From a bacterium (GTDB taxonomy: Bacteria > Hinthialibacterota > Hinthialibacteria > Hinthialibacterales > Hinthialibacteraceae): a stretch of DNA of 64,000 bases. The number at the start of each line of letters is the position of its first letter. Positions within the stretch are counted from its first letter, which is position 1. The notes under the pieces are model-generated. The model searched no databases and had not been told where the DNA came from. It saw only the letters and a program-made list of their open reading frames with translations. The position numbers and the translations under genes are program-made. This document shows positions 32,327 to 42,916 of the stretch, one piece after another. Location: assembly GCA_963662285.2 (NCBI GenBank), contig CAXXMV010000006.1:448001-512000 (forward strand), given 5' to 3'.

Positions 32327-33406
32327 CTATATCTTTCTTACAAGGGCTTGAATACGTTGGCCCATTTCACCCAAAGAGACTTGTTCATCCGATAATCCAG
32401 CCTGGTCTACCGCTCGCGGCATTCCATATACCGTACAGGATATTTGATCCTGGGTTATGCAGTATGCATTTTTTGCTTTGAGCGCTTTAACTCCTGCTAA
32501 TCCGTCGGTACCCATACCCGTCAATATTACGGCCAGAACACGACCATCATAATACCGACTGACAGACTCAAACAATCGATCTACAGCAGGCTTACAATTG
32601 TTCACAGGGGGATCATCGACTAAGCGCATTCGCAAAGTATTGTTATATCTGTTTCCATCTTGATGTTTAATAACGGTCAAATGCTTTCCACCAGGTGCAA
32701 GATAAAATATATCCGGTGAAACAACTTGATTATCTTGTGCTTCGACAACAGTAAATTGACTTGAACGATTTAATCCTTCCGCCAGAGATTGCGTAAAACC
32801 AGGAGGCATGTGTTGGACGCACAAAATCGGAACTCCAAGTTTATGGGGAAAACTGGACATAATCGTGGTTAATGCTTTGGGACCTCCAGTGGAAACTCCA
32901 ATAACAATCAAATCTATGGGTTGAGTTGTAATCTCTGGTATTGATTCTTTCTTTTTAGGTTTCAGGGTCAGTTGTTCAATCATCTGAAGATTGCGTTGCG
33001 TTTGAATGAGTGATATTTCACGTTTTAAATCTAATACGAAACGACTCCAGAGTCCCCGATCTTCTTCTGCAGAAGGTATTAACAATAATACGCGAGATCC
33101 CGCCATTAATACTTGTGATGTTTGTTTAGCAGAACGGGTAGCGCTTTGACTTAAGACAATAACATCAATGTCTGATTTATCTTTAAGATATTTAATCACG
33201 ATATCTATATCGTTTGATGATGCCGAATCAATATCCCAAAGTAGAACATCAATGTTTTCTATCCACTTAATCAAAGAGAATTTTGAGGAATCCCATATTT
33301 GAATTTTCCGACCGATTTCTGTTTGAACTATCTCATTAAAACGATTTATAACCAAAGGATTTCTGGAGGCAAATCCAATTACAATGTCTGACGATTTCTT
33401 TTCCAT
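32327..33406 (-). CDS. cheB: Chemotaxis methylesterase with degenerate receiver domain
   Basis: GVSTGGP, VQHMPPGFT, APGGKHL, KPAVD, LTGMGTDG, VYGMP. Confidence 0.92.
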   Translation of the reverse strand: MEKKSSDIVIGFASRNPLVINRFNEIVQTEIGRKIQIWDSSKFSLIKWIENIDVLLWDIDSASSNDIDIVIKYLKDKSDIDVIVLSQSATRSAKQTSQVLMAGSRVLLLIPSAEEDRGLWSRFVLDLKREISLIQTQRNLQMIEQLTLKPKKKESIPEITTQPIDLIVIGVSTGGPKALTTIMSSFPHKLGVPILCVQHMPPGFTQSLAEGLNRSSQFTVVEAQDNQVVSPDIFYLAPGGKHLTVIKHQDGNRYNNTLRMRLVDDPPVNNCKPAVDRLFESVSRYYDGRVLAVILTGMGTDGLAGVKALKAKNAYCITQDQISCTVYGMPRAVDQAGLSDEQVSLGEMGQRIQALVRKI

Positions 33407-33432
33407 TCATTTCAATCTTTCGAGTATTCTTC

Positions 33433-33927
33433 TTAAGAATAGACAGCAGGTTCCAATTTATCAGTGCCAAAGAGCGCACCCAAGTCCAAAACAATGATCA
33501 TTCCTTTTTGGTCGCGAACAACTCCATGTAAATAATCTCTACATAATGATCCGGTATTTGCTGGTACGGGAATCATAGTATTGTCATCAACTTCAACAAG
33601 GTCTTCGATTCCATCTGTAAGGATAGCAATCGTTTCTTCGGCGCCCAACCACGAAAGAGCACTTTTATCACAAGGTTTTAAATAAAGTTCCGATTCAGTT
33701 TTTAATAGAATTATGGGGAGATTTGACTTGAAACAAGCCGGCTTGAGCCCCAACATGCGTTTTAAGTCTACTACGGCAATAATTTGTCCTCGAATATTAA
33801 TTAATCCAAGAATATCAGAACGACTATTTGGAACGGGAGTACATACCGAAGTGGAAACGATTTCCCGCACGTTTAAAGCCGGAATGCCAAAACGTACTTT
33901 TTTCAGAAAAAACGTACAATACAGCAT
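33433..33927 (-). CDS. cheW: Chemotaxis coupling protein
   Basis: FGIP...VREI...TPVP...GLINIRGQIIAVVDL. Confidence 0.92.
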   Translation of the reverse strand: MLYCTFFLKKVRFGIPALNVREIVSTSVCTPVPNSRSDILGLINIRGQIIAVVDLKRMLGLKPACFKSNLPIILLKTESELYLKPCDKSALSWLGAEETIAILTDGIEDLVEVDDNTMIPVPANTGSLCRDYLHGVVRDQKGMIIVLDLGALFGTDKLEPAVYS

Positions 33928-36575
33928 TATGAAGGAATTCCTCCAATCTTTTCTATTACTATATAGGGATCAATAATCTGAGTTATTAATCCATCAATGC
34001 TGATGCTTCCTAAAACACCCGGAGCTGGAGTACATGCTTTTTCCCAATCGGGATGCAGGTCTTTTACGTTTAAAATACTGGATACGAGCAGTCCGGCATA
34101 CGGACGTTGTTCATTCTGTGAACACCCATCCTGTTTCAATACAATAACAAACAATTCATTTTGTTCTTCTGGCAGAGAACGAACGGGAACAACACGATTC
34201 AGTTCAAAGATGGGCAACCCTCCTCCATTATAATGCATAAACCACCATTCTCCGATTTGTTGAAGATCGCCTTTGTTAACTGTTTCCAGACGAAAAACGC
34301 ATTTCTGCGCCAATCCGAAACGTTCATTGGGATTAATAGAGAAAATAATGAAAGGCTCTTTATTGATACTTTGTTTCTTTTTTTGTTCTGCTTGAAGGCG
34401 TCTCTCGCTCTCTATAACATGCAGTGTATCGAAATTTAATCGCAGTTGACTGGCTAAACCTGATGCATCCAATATTAAAATAACCTGACCGTCTCCTAAA
34501 ATGGTGGCGCCATTAAACAAAGGGCTGGCGGCATTTTGCGACAAGGTTTTAACTACAATGTCTTCCGTATCAAACCAATAATCCACGAACAACGCAAAAA
34601 GATTCACGCCATCCCGTACAACAACAATACGTTTTGTATTGTTTTCCGACCTAATTCGCCGTGAAGATTTTCTCTGTTCGTCCAGTTTCTTTTGAGTATG
34701 ATTTTTTTTAACTGGAGAACGCCGATCTGTCAGTATTTTTCTATTATCGGGCAGCAGTTTTTTATGTAATTCATCCCAATAGTAGTTTTCCAAATTTAAT
34801 GCTTCGCTTAAACGGACTAATGGTAACAGGCGGTTGCGGAGGCGCAGCACGGGATCTTGATGGATCATTTCAATATAATCATTGATTTGGTGTTCTTCAA
34901 TGACTAACAATTCATCGATATTAAGTTGAGGAATGGCGTATCGTTGTTGACCGGATGAAATTACCATGGCCTGCATGATAGCCAAAGATAAAGGCAATCG
35001 CAACGTAAACTGCGAACCCTCTCCTATATGCGACTCGACCTCAATCGTCCCTCCCAATTTTTCAATATTACAACGGACGACATCCAATCCCACTCCTCGC
35101 CCCGATACATCGCTAACGGTTTCTGCGGTTGAAAAACCAGGAGTAAAAATTAAATCTATCACCTCATTCTCTGATAATGAGTTAGCGCTTTGAGCATTAA
35201 TAATATTATTTTTAATTGCCTTTTGCTTAACTAGATCGAGATCAATGCCGCAACCATCATCACGGCTCACGATCGATATTTGCCCGCCTAATTGTTTCGC
35301 CGAAAGAAGTATGCGTCCATACTCGGATTTCCCTTGACGGCGCCGTTCCTCTGGAACTTCAATTCCATGATCCACACAATTGCGAAGCATGTGAGTCAGA
35401 GGGTCGTTTAATAATTCGAGCACGTTTCGATCGACTTCAACTTCGCTTCCTTCAATCTTCAGTTCCACTTTCTTTCCAGACTTTTTGGCTAGATCTCGAA
35501 CCAAACGTTGGTTCCGGTTAAACAAGGCGCCCAATGGCTGCATTCGCGTCTGCATAGCGGTCTCTTGCAAAGACCTCATTACAAATTGATATGATTGAAG
35601 AATCGGTCGTAAGTTGGGGATTGTTTTTTCATAACCTTTTAAGGTTTGATTAATTTGATTACGAACTATAACCAATTCGCTGACTATATTCATTAAGTGA
35701 TCCAGTGTGTCTAAACGAAGGCGAACAGTCTGGGGCTGAGCATGAGATTGATCAGAAATATTTTCTGATTCGGTTTTTGCAGGGATAGACTCTGTCTTGA
35801 CCGGAATATTTTTAGTTTTTGAATCATTCTCCGGCCATGATTTCAAATTAAATTTACAGTAACACCTTTTGGGGAAAGGCAGCATCGTCTCGAGCAAATC
35901 CGGTTCGAGCACGGATGCAAAAACAAATTCAAAAATATCATGATTTTGTAATGAATCCAATCCAGGTAATGGATCAATTGATGATGCGATGAATTTACCA
36001 ACAGTTTTCATTTCATCAATGACAGATTCCCAATTTTCGGGAATCTCGCCAACATTTAGGCGTATATAATAAAGAAAGTTTCCTTGTTCCTGAGTTGCCT
36101 TTAACACGGATGTCGCAACAATAGAGTGAAAGTCATGAGAGATTTCCTCCAAAAGTAGATCTGAAGAATCGGAGTTATTTGAATTTAATTCTTGAATAAG
36201 ATATGTTTCCAAGACTTTCAAATCCTGGTCGATGGGAACGGTTTCGCAGGTAGATATATGAGTCAGCATATAACGCAACCGATCAATAGAGTTCAATAAA
36301 GCATCTACACAAGGAGAGGTGATCGATATTTCTCCGTCTCGAATCCTAACAAGAACAGACTCCATGGTATGGGTTAATTTTTTCAGGGCTTCAAATGGAA
36401 GAAATCCCGCCCCACCCTTAATACTATGAATGGCCCGGAAAATTCGATGGACGATCTCGGAGGATGCAGTTCCTTCTTTTTCTTCCAGTTCAAGCAAATC
36501 GGGTTCGATATTCTCAATATGCTCGAGACTTTCTATGGTGAATTCCTGTATGGCTTGCTCGTCGATCAGTTCCAT
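33927..36575 (-). CDS. cheA: Chemotaxis histidine kinase with two CheW-like domains
   Basis: HPt IFRAIHSIKGG; HMLRNCVDHGIE; DDGCG; IFTPGFSTA; GRGVGLDVV; P5 domain and an extra C-terminal CheW-like domain. Confidence 0.95.
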   Translation of the reverse strand: MELIDEQAIQEFTIESLEHIENIEPDLLELEEKEGTASSEIVHRIFRAIHSIKGGAGFLPFEALKKLTHTMESVLVRIRDGEISITSPCVDALLNSIDRLRYMLTHISTCETVPIDQDLKVLETYLIQELNSNNSDSSDLLLEEISHDFHSIVATSVLKATQEQGNFLYYIRLNVGEIPENWESVIDEMKTVGKFIASSIDPLPGLDSLQNHDIFEFVFASVLEPDLLETMLPFPKRCYCKFNLKSWPENDSKTKNIPVKTESIPAKTESENISDQSHAQPQTVRLRLDTLDHLMNIVSELVIVRNQINQTLKGYEKTIPNLRPILQSYQFVMRSLQETAMQTRMQPLGALFNRNQRLVRDLAKKSGKKVELKIEGSEVEVDRNVLELLNDPLTHMLRNCVDHGIEVPEERRRQGKSEYGRILLSAKQLGGQISIVSRDDGCGIDLDLVKQKAIKNNIINAQSANSLSENEVIDLIFTPGFSTAETVSDVSGRGVGLDVVRCNIEKLGGTIEVESHIGEGSQFTLRLPLSLAIMQAMVISSGQQRYAIPQLNIDELLVIEEHQINDYIEMIHQDPVLRLRNRLLPLVRLSEALNLENYYWDELHKKLLPDNRKILTDRRSPVKKNHTQKKLDEQRKSSRRIRSENNTKRIVVVRDGVNLFALFVDYWFDTEDIVVKTLSQNAASPLFNGATILGDGQVILILDASGLASQLRLNFDTLHVIESERRLQAEQKKKQSINKEPFIIFSINPNERFGLAQKCVFRLETVNKGDLQQIGEWWFMHYNGGGLPIFELNRVVPVRSLPEEQNELFVIVLKQDGCSQNEQRPYAGLLVSSILNVKDLHPDWEKACTPAPGVLGSISIDGLITQIIDPYIVIEKIGGIPS

Positions 36576-36614
36576 TTTGAATTCCAGACAAGGATTTGAT
36601 ATTACATCTTTTTA

Positions 36615-38939
36615 TTATTCACTACTCTTTTTATCCATCTTCGCGAGACGGAATTGAGAAACTAATTGCAACAATGTTTCAGCGACTTTGGCAATATTTT
36701 GCGTGCTGACGAGGTTATTGTTTGAACCGAGCAATACCTCATCAGAAGTAGATTTAACCAAATTAAAATTCTTAACAATGTTTTCCATCGCCTTTGAAAC
36801 AACGCTCGATTTTTCTGCCGCAAAGGATATTGCCTGCACTAATTCTTTTATATTCAGGTTAATCGCTGACACTTCCTGCACGGCAGTCGATACGTTCTGG
36901 GAAATATCATTTACGCCAAGAGCAGCTTCATTGATATTCGAAGAGACTTCTTCGATTTCTTCTGCAACCGTATGTACACTTTGCGATATATCATTCGAAG
37001 CCTGGGATTGTTGTTCCACTGTATCTGCAATCTCTTCTGAAATATGGTTAACTTGTTGAATAACATCCGTAATCTCATTGATATCAAGAGTAGTCGATTC
37101 TGTTTGTTTCTGAATTGTTTCGACTTGCAAGCGGATTTCTTCAGTTGACGCCGCCGTTTGACGCGCCAGTTCTTTGACTTCGTTGGCTACAACAGCAAAT
37201 CCCTTTCCTGCTTCACCCGCCGTGGCCGCTTCAATTCCGGCATTCAAGGCCAATAGATTTGTTTGCGAAGCTATCGATTTGATAATATCGACGACTTTCC
37301 CGATTGCTTTGGCTGATTGATTGAGTTGAGCAAAGGATTCCTTGGTTCGATTGGCGACCGATGATGCCTGTTGTGCTATCTCTGCTGCATGTTCAGTATT
37401 GTTAGAAGTATTTTTAAGAGATGTAGATATTTCCTCAATACCAGAGGCAATTTGATTTACGGCGGAAGACATTGATTTCGACGAACCAGCGACGGATTTT
37501 AAGTTAGAAGATGATTGTTCTACAGCCGCGGCTATGCTATCCAAATTATGAGAGATTTCATTAGAAGACGTTGCGACGGAATTGCTATTAGCCCCGATTT
37601 GCTCTATCGAACTGGCGATTCCAGAAATAGAAACGTCAACATTGGATATCTGATCCGTCGTGTCAATCGACATCTGGTTCAATTCCTGCATACGTTCAGC
37701 CGAAAGTTTGAATTGCGTTTCCATGTCTTCAGCGCCGGAAGCAACTGATTTTGAAGATTTTTGGATATTATGAATGATGTTTCCTAATTGGGTAGTCATT
37801 TCATTTAGCGCATTCGCCAATAGACCAATTTCGTCGTTCTGCTGAAGATCTAAAGTTTGTGATAAATCTCCCTTCGATACAATTTGAGAAAATCCTACTC
37901 CCATTTTCAAGGGTTTGATAATTCCTCGAGCCATAATCCAAGCCAGAGAAATTCCAAAAATAATGGATAAAATACTTATAATCACAACACCATCTCTGGT
38001 CTGTTTGGCTGATTGAAGCATCTCGCGGTCGGTCATAATATGTTCGGCGACAGTTTGCCGAACTTGGTTGAGAATTGATTGAACAGAATCAAGAGCAGGG
38101 ATTGTCTCTTCTGCATAAATCTGATGAGCTTGAAGATGTTGCTTGACCCGCGCATCGTTCCATGCAATTATTTCGTCTAAATTCGACAGTACGCTATTGG
38201 CCGCCGATTCAGTACTGTCGTAATAGAAACGTAGAGCCTCCTGTCGATTCCCGGCAGCTAACAGTTGGTTCAGCTTTTTTACGCTACTATGCAATGTATT
38301 GTGGGGTATTTGTAGATTATCCCAAAATGACGAAAATTCAGTATTTTCACTCTTGAGTTTTTGGGTTTCCTCCGAATACATCCATTTTCCTAGTCCGCAT
38401 TGCAATGGATCGAGTTGAACTTTGATTTCTGTCCTAGACTGATTCAATAAGACGTCTTTTACGGCATGAGTCCAAATAAGATGATCCGTTTTTTTTTCGC
38501 TTAAAAATTTCCCCAGTCCTTCATTAACTTGCACGTAATGATTGGTGATTTTGACAGCGGATTCATGTAGGAGTTGATGGGGTAATTCCACTTGAGCCAA
38601 TAGAGGTTTAATTTCAGGAACCAGTTTTTCAGCACGAATCCTTTCGTCACTATAATACCATTGGCCAAAACCACATTTATGACAATCGGTTTCAATATGC
38701 AGTTCGTGAATAGATTCATCGGTAATTAATGAATTTACTTGTTTTACCCATACAAGATGATCGACAATCCTCTGAGCAATGTCACCTCGTATTTTATTAC
38801 CGAGAATGACGCTATCTGCGTTTGAAACAATTGAACTTATTCCTCGAGTAGCCCATAAACACACAATGACTAACAACAACAACACTGAGCCAAAACCCAG
38901 GACGAATTTCATTGAAATCTTAAGATTTTTCCATTTCAT
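36615..38939 (-). CDS. Methyl-accepting chemotaxis protein with tandem CZB domains between TM1 and TM2
   Basis: DHLVW..CGFGQWYY..HQLLH and DHLIW..CGLGKWMY..HNTLH; HAMP (DEIG.L); [28 protein letters not shown]. Confidence 0.92.
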   Translation of the reverse strand: MKWKNLKISMKFVLGFGSVLLLLVIVCLWATRGISSIVSNADSVILGNKIRGDIAQRIVDHLVWVKQVNSLITDESIHELHIETDCHKCGFGQWYYSDERIRAEKLVPEIKPLLAQVELPHQLLHESAVKITNHYVQVNEGLGKFLSEKKTDHLIWTHAVKDVLLNQSRTEIKVQLDPLQCGLGKWMYSEETQKLKSENTEFSSFWDNLQIPHNTLHSSVKKLNQLLAAGNRQEALRFYYDSTESAANSVLSNLDEIIAWNDARVKQHLQAHQIYAEETIPALDSVQSILNQVRQTVAEHIMTDREMLQSAKQTRDGVVIISILSIIFGISLAWIMARGIIKPLKMGVGFSQIVSKGDLSQTLDLQQNDEIGLLANALNEMTTQLGNIIHNIQKSSKSVASGAEDMETQFKLSAERMQELNQMSIDTTDQISNVDVSISGIASSIEQIGANSNSVATSSNEISHNLDSIAAAVEQSSSNLKSVAGSSKSMSSAVNQIASGIEEISTSLKNTSNNTEHAAEIAQQASSVANRTKESFAQLNQSAKAIGKVVDIIKSIASQTNLLALNAGIEAATAGEAGKGFAVVANEVKELARQTAASTEEIRLQVETIQKQTESTTLDINEITDVIQQVNHISEEIADTVEQQSQASNDISQSVHTVAEEIEEVSSNINEAALGVNDISQNVSTAVQEVSAINLNIKELVQAISFAAEKSSVVSKAMENIVKNFNLVKSTSDEVLLGSNNNLVSTQNIAKVAETLLQLVSQFRLAKMDKKSSE

Positions 38940-39051
38940 TTCAGTACGCCTTTTTATAATTAATATATATCTCTATTAAGAATCAACTCAAATCTAATCT
39001 AATTATTTAGTAATTATCATAATCATTAAGTGAGCAAAACAAACGCATTGA

Positions 39052-41457
39052 TTAATGGGAACTCGTATTGTTCTCTTTCGCATTCATTCGAAATTGCGAA
39101 ACGAGTTCTAGCAACAAGTCTGATACCTTGGCAATGCTTTGGGCGCTTTTAACGTTATTGTTGGACTTTTCAAAGACTTCATCTGACGTGGATTTTACGG
39201 AATGAAATTTCTCAACAATTGCACCCAAAATACGAGACGAACTGCTGGAATTTTCCGCCGCATCAGATATGCTCATAGCCAACTCTTTGATATTCTGGCT
39301 AATGGCCCCAAGCCCCTGTACCGCAGTTAACACGTTATCCGATATATCGTTCACGCCAATTGCGGCTTCATTAATATTCGTCGATACATCCGAAATCCCA
39401 TCAGCCACAGTATGAACGCTTTGCGACATATCATTGGCTGCATTCGATTGTTGTTCTACTGCATCGGCAATTTCAGTGGAGATTGCATCAACTTGTTGAA
39501 TAACTTTTACAATTCGTTCAATATCAGTAAAGGTCACCGCAGTATGTTTTTGAATGGTCTCAACCTGAAACTGAATTTCTTCGGTTGATTCTGCAGTTTG
39601 ACGCGCCAGTTCTTTGACTTCATTGGCAACAACAGCAAATCCCTTGCCGGCTTCCCCGGCAGTCGCCGCCTCGATTCCGGCATTCAAAGCTAATAGATTC
39701 GTTTGCGAAGCAATGGATTGTATTATATCCACGACTTTTCCAATGGCTTTCGCCGATTGATTCAATTGTGCTACCGACTCTTGAGTTCGAGTGGAGCATT
39801 CCGATGCTTCACGAACAATTTTTGCCGCCTTATCGGTATTGCTTGAAACTCCTCTAAGAGAAGTGGATATTTCTTCAACTCCTGAAGCGATCTGGTTGAC
39901 TGCCGAAGACATGCTGTTCGCCGATCCCGCTACAGATTTTAAATTGGTGGATGATTGCTCAACGGCAGCAGCGATGCTATCCAGATTATGAGAAATTTCA
40001 TTAGAAGAAGAGGATACCGAATTGCTGTTCGTACTGATCTGGTGGATTGAACTTGCTACACTTGTCACCCGCAACTCTATATCGGAGATTTCATTCGACG
40101 CATCAGCTGATAATTGGTTGAGTTCACTCATACGTTCAGAGGTATGGTTTGACTGCACCTCCATATCTTCGGATGCTTGTGAAACAGTGGATGAATAATT
40201 TTTGATATCTTTGATCATTGGATGTAATTTGACGCCAATAGATTTTATCGCTTCATTTAAATGGTCAATTTCGTCATATCGTTTTATAGGTTCAATATAA
40301 TTATCCTTCGATTGCACCTCATCAAATTTTGTCAGGTCGCCGCGAGCTAGTGTGTATGCGGATTCTACGGATTCTTTTACTCGCTTAGTTATTGAATAGG
40401 TAAAGAGAAATGCAAAGAAAATGCTGAAAACAATACTCACAATCCCCAAAACAATCATCGTTTGAGTGGTTTTCCATACGGGAGCCATCAACATACTTTG
40501 GGATTTTCGCAAAATTAATAGCCAATCGCCCGTAGGAACTTGTGAACTAACATAATAGTATTTTAATCCATCTACAGGATCATTGGCTATTTGCAAATTG
40601 GAATCGCTTTTATTGTCATAAAATGGTTGAAATATTTCCTTATAAGGAGTTTCAGCAATAGCCTTCGTTCGAAGAATTTCTGATGAATCGGCATCAGAAG
40701 AAACAGAGGTGGCTGCAACAAATTTTCCCTGTCGGCTTATTAAAAAGAGATCGACAGAGTACTCGGATTTCATTTTACTCAAATATGCAATAATGTCGCT
40801 AAGGGCGCGATCAACACCGGCAATACCCTTAAACTCCCCGTCAATTGCTATGGGAAAGGTTTGCTCAACTATCATTTTCCCTTCATAGACGTAAGGCTCA
40901 GTTACCAGGGATTGCGGTTTGTTTGATTCGAGAAACAGTTTTTTGCACCCGGCGTAATAAAGACTGGTTTCCATATCTACCAATGGTTCTAATTTAATTT
41001 TGGTTGAATCTTGGCGATCTCGAAACCAATAGGGGATAAATCTTCCACCGATGCTTAAACCCGGTAAGAGTTGGGAATTTTCTTGGTTGCTGCGGAATTG
41101 TAAATCATTTTGATCAGCATCTGGTTCGTATCCAAAATAGGATGCCGTGAATTCTGGATAATTACTCAAAACCAGTTGGGCCAATTTACTGGATGCGCCA
41201 CGTTGGCCGAATAATCCGCTGTTCTGTGAAAGAGCCATGATATGAGAAGTTAAAACTGCACGCGAATTCCCACGCTCGATTTGCGCTGCAACCGCATCGG
41301 CCATGATGCGTAACTGGATTTCGTTTTCATTTCTTGAATGATTGAACATCACATAGTTACTAACAATAGTAACAGCGGACAGAAGAACAATAATGGGGAG
41401 CATTACCTTAAATAGTATTTGTCCGCGCAAACTGTTAAAAAAAGCAACATTCGACAT
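39052..41457 (-). CDS. Methyl-accepting chemotaxis protein with dCache-type sensor
   Basis: TM1; YEPDA, RFIPYW, YY, TEPYVY, GIAGVD; TM2; HAMP; MCP signalling hairpin. Confidence 0.92.
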   Translation of the reverse strand: MSNVAFFNSLRGQILFKVMLPIIVLLSAVTIVSNYVMFNHSRNENEIQLRIMADAVAAQIERGNSRAVLTSHIMALSQNSGLFGQRGASSKLAQLVLSNYPEFTASYFGYEPDADQNDLQFRSNQENSQLLPGLSIGGRFIPYWFRDRQDSTKIKLEPLVDMETSLYYAGCKKLFLESNKPQSLVTEPYVYEGKMIVEQTFPIAIDGEFKGIAGVDRALSDIIAYLSKMKSEYSVDLFLISRQGKFVAATSVSSDADSSEILRTKAIAETPYKEIFQPFYDNKSDSNLQIANDPVDGLKYYYVSSQVPTGDWLLILRKSQSMLMAPVWKTTQTMIVLGIVSIVFSIFFAFLFTYSITKRVKESVESAYTLARGDLTKFDEVQSKDNYIEPIKRYDEIDHLNEAIKSIGVKLHPMIKDIKNYSSTVSQASEDMEVQSNHTSERMSELNQLSADASNEISDIELRVTSVASSIHQISTNSNSVSSSSNEISHNLDSIAAAVEQSSTNLKSVAGSANSMSSAVNQIASGVEEISTSLRGVSSNTDKAAKIVREASECSTRTQESVAQLNQSAKAIGKVVDIIQSIASQTNLLALNAGIEAATAGEAGKGFAVVANEVKELARQTAESTEEIQFQVETIQKHTAVTFTDIERIVKVIQQVDAISTEIADAVEQQSNAANDMSQSVHTVADGISDVSTNINEAAIGVNDISDNVLTAVQGLGAISQNIKELAMSISDAAENSSSSSRILGAIVEKFHSVKSTSDEVFEKSNNNVKSAQSIAKVSDLLLELVSQFRMNAKENNTSSH

Positions 41458-41697
41458 TGATATCTCCCTGAGTATTTAATACAACAAATAATAAATTGAA
41501 TGTTGGGAAATAATAATATATCATTTCAATTCAACAAACAAATGAATATTTACATTGTACGATGATTTTAAAATATGTATAATGCAAATCATATAACTTA
41601 AAAAAGCAAGATATTTGCCGCCCTCCGAAAATCGAGTATCCTAAGCGTACTTAGAATAAGTCGATCCCTTCAGTGGAATCTATGAAGGAGAAATCTT

Positions 41698-42156
41698 TTG
41701 ACCGAAGACATTTGCCAACCATTCGAAACAGGAATAGAGGATTTTTTTTCAAAAATTCTCAATGAGAAAATTGATCGAATTGAAAAAAAACAGATTGGTA
41801 CTCAATATATTCAAACAGGGAAAAAGTGTTTCATCCAAATCAATGGCGTCTTGAATCTGGATATAGTTATGATACTGCCTTCCGCATTTACGGAAATGAT
41901 GAATGATCATATTTTTGAGGGTAAAATTCAAAAAGACGCCTCAATGAACGATCTTGCGTATGAGTTTATAAATATCGTAGCGGGAACAGCGAAACGTATA
42001 CTCTCACACCACACCAATTCCACTTTAACGTTAGGATTACCTTCGGTTAATGACTGTCATGAGCAAACAATTGCAGTTGATCCTATCCATGAATGTTATG
42101 AAATTTCTGTACATACCCGGATAGGAAATTTTTCGCTATTTCTTTTAAAAAAATAA
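41698..42156 (+). CDS. cheX: CheX-like chemotaxis phosphatase
   Basis: DLAYEFINIVAG (E-x-x-N) and LGLPSV; AAGGAG RBS before TTG; next to cheY. Confidence 0.65.
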   Translation: MTEDICQPFETGIEDFFSKILNEKIDRIEKKQIGTQYIQTGKKCFIQINGVLNLDIVMILPSAFTEMMNDHIFEGKIQKDASMNDLAYEFINIVAGTAKRILSHHTNSTLTLGLPSVNDCHEQTIAVDPIHECYEISVHTRIGNFSLFLLKK

Positions 42157-42180
42157 GATATCTTGAAAGGATTGTTAAAA

Positions 42181-42537
42181 ATGAGATTTTTAATTGTAGA
42201 TGATGCGCTTTTCATGAGAAATATGATTAAAAAAATCCTCACCGGAGCTGGTTATTCTGATTTTACGGAAGCAGAGGATGGCGCTAAGGCTGTTAATATT
42301 GTTGAAAATGAAACTTTTGATTTGATATTTATGGATTGGAATATGCCCATACCTGGAATTAATGCAGTCAGGGGGATACGCCAGTTGGGCATTGAAACTC
42401 CCATATTAATGGTAACCACGGAAGGTGAAAAAAAACGCGTCATTGAGGCTATCCAGGCGGGAGCTAATAATTACTTGGTGAAACCGTTTGAAGCAAGCGC
42501 ACTCCTTGAAAAAATCGATCAATTAATCAAAAAATGA
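42181..42537 (+). CDS. cheY: Single-domain response regulator
   Basis: FLIVDD, FMDWNMP, MVTTE, NYLVKPF; AAAGGA RBS before ATG 42181. Confidence 0.9.
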   Translation: MRFLIVDDALFMRNMIKKILTGAGYSDFTEAEDGAKAVNIVENETFDLIFMDWNMPIPGINAVRGIRQLGIETPILMVTTEGEKKRVIEAIQAGANNYLVKPFEASALLEKIDQLIKK

Positions 42538-42708
42538 TTTTTTTACCCAAAAATTACGATTAGATTAGGTTGAGATGAATTGCATTTCGACAGTCATATT
42601 ATAAAATTATCATCCACGGTTTGAAGCATGTCCATCTGTTCGCAAGGTATTATGTATAATCCACCCCGCTTCATTGCTCATGGTTTCTTCAAAAATATAT
42701 TTTTGACA

Positions 42709-42825
42709 TCATACATCCTGTTTTTCATGTAAAGGTAACGTCAATGTAAATATTGTTCCGCTGCCTTGTTGGCTGATCACTTTCATCGTCCCATCATGCA
42801 ACTCCATAAGTTTTTTGACAATACC
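42709..42825 (-). pseudogene. C-terminal remnant of a sensor histidine kinase (HATPase end)
   Basis: Minus strand reads GIVKKLMELHDGTMKVISQQGSGTIFTLTLPLHEKQDV* with no upstream gene body; not in the ORF track. Confidence 0.75.
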
Positions 42826-42916
42826 CCGTATAATCAAAAAAAACATTGACAGACAGCATTCCTTCATGGGAGAATCTATTTGTACATGATTTTATATTTG
42901 ATTCAATAGCACAAAT

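Noticed and set aside
41642-41667. Possible sigma28 promoter before cheX (TAAG-N14-GTCGAT)
   Set aside because: Both boxes and the spacing deviate from consensus; too weak to call.
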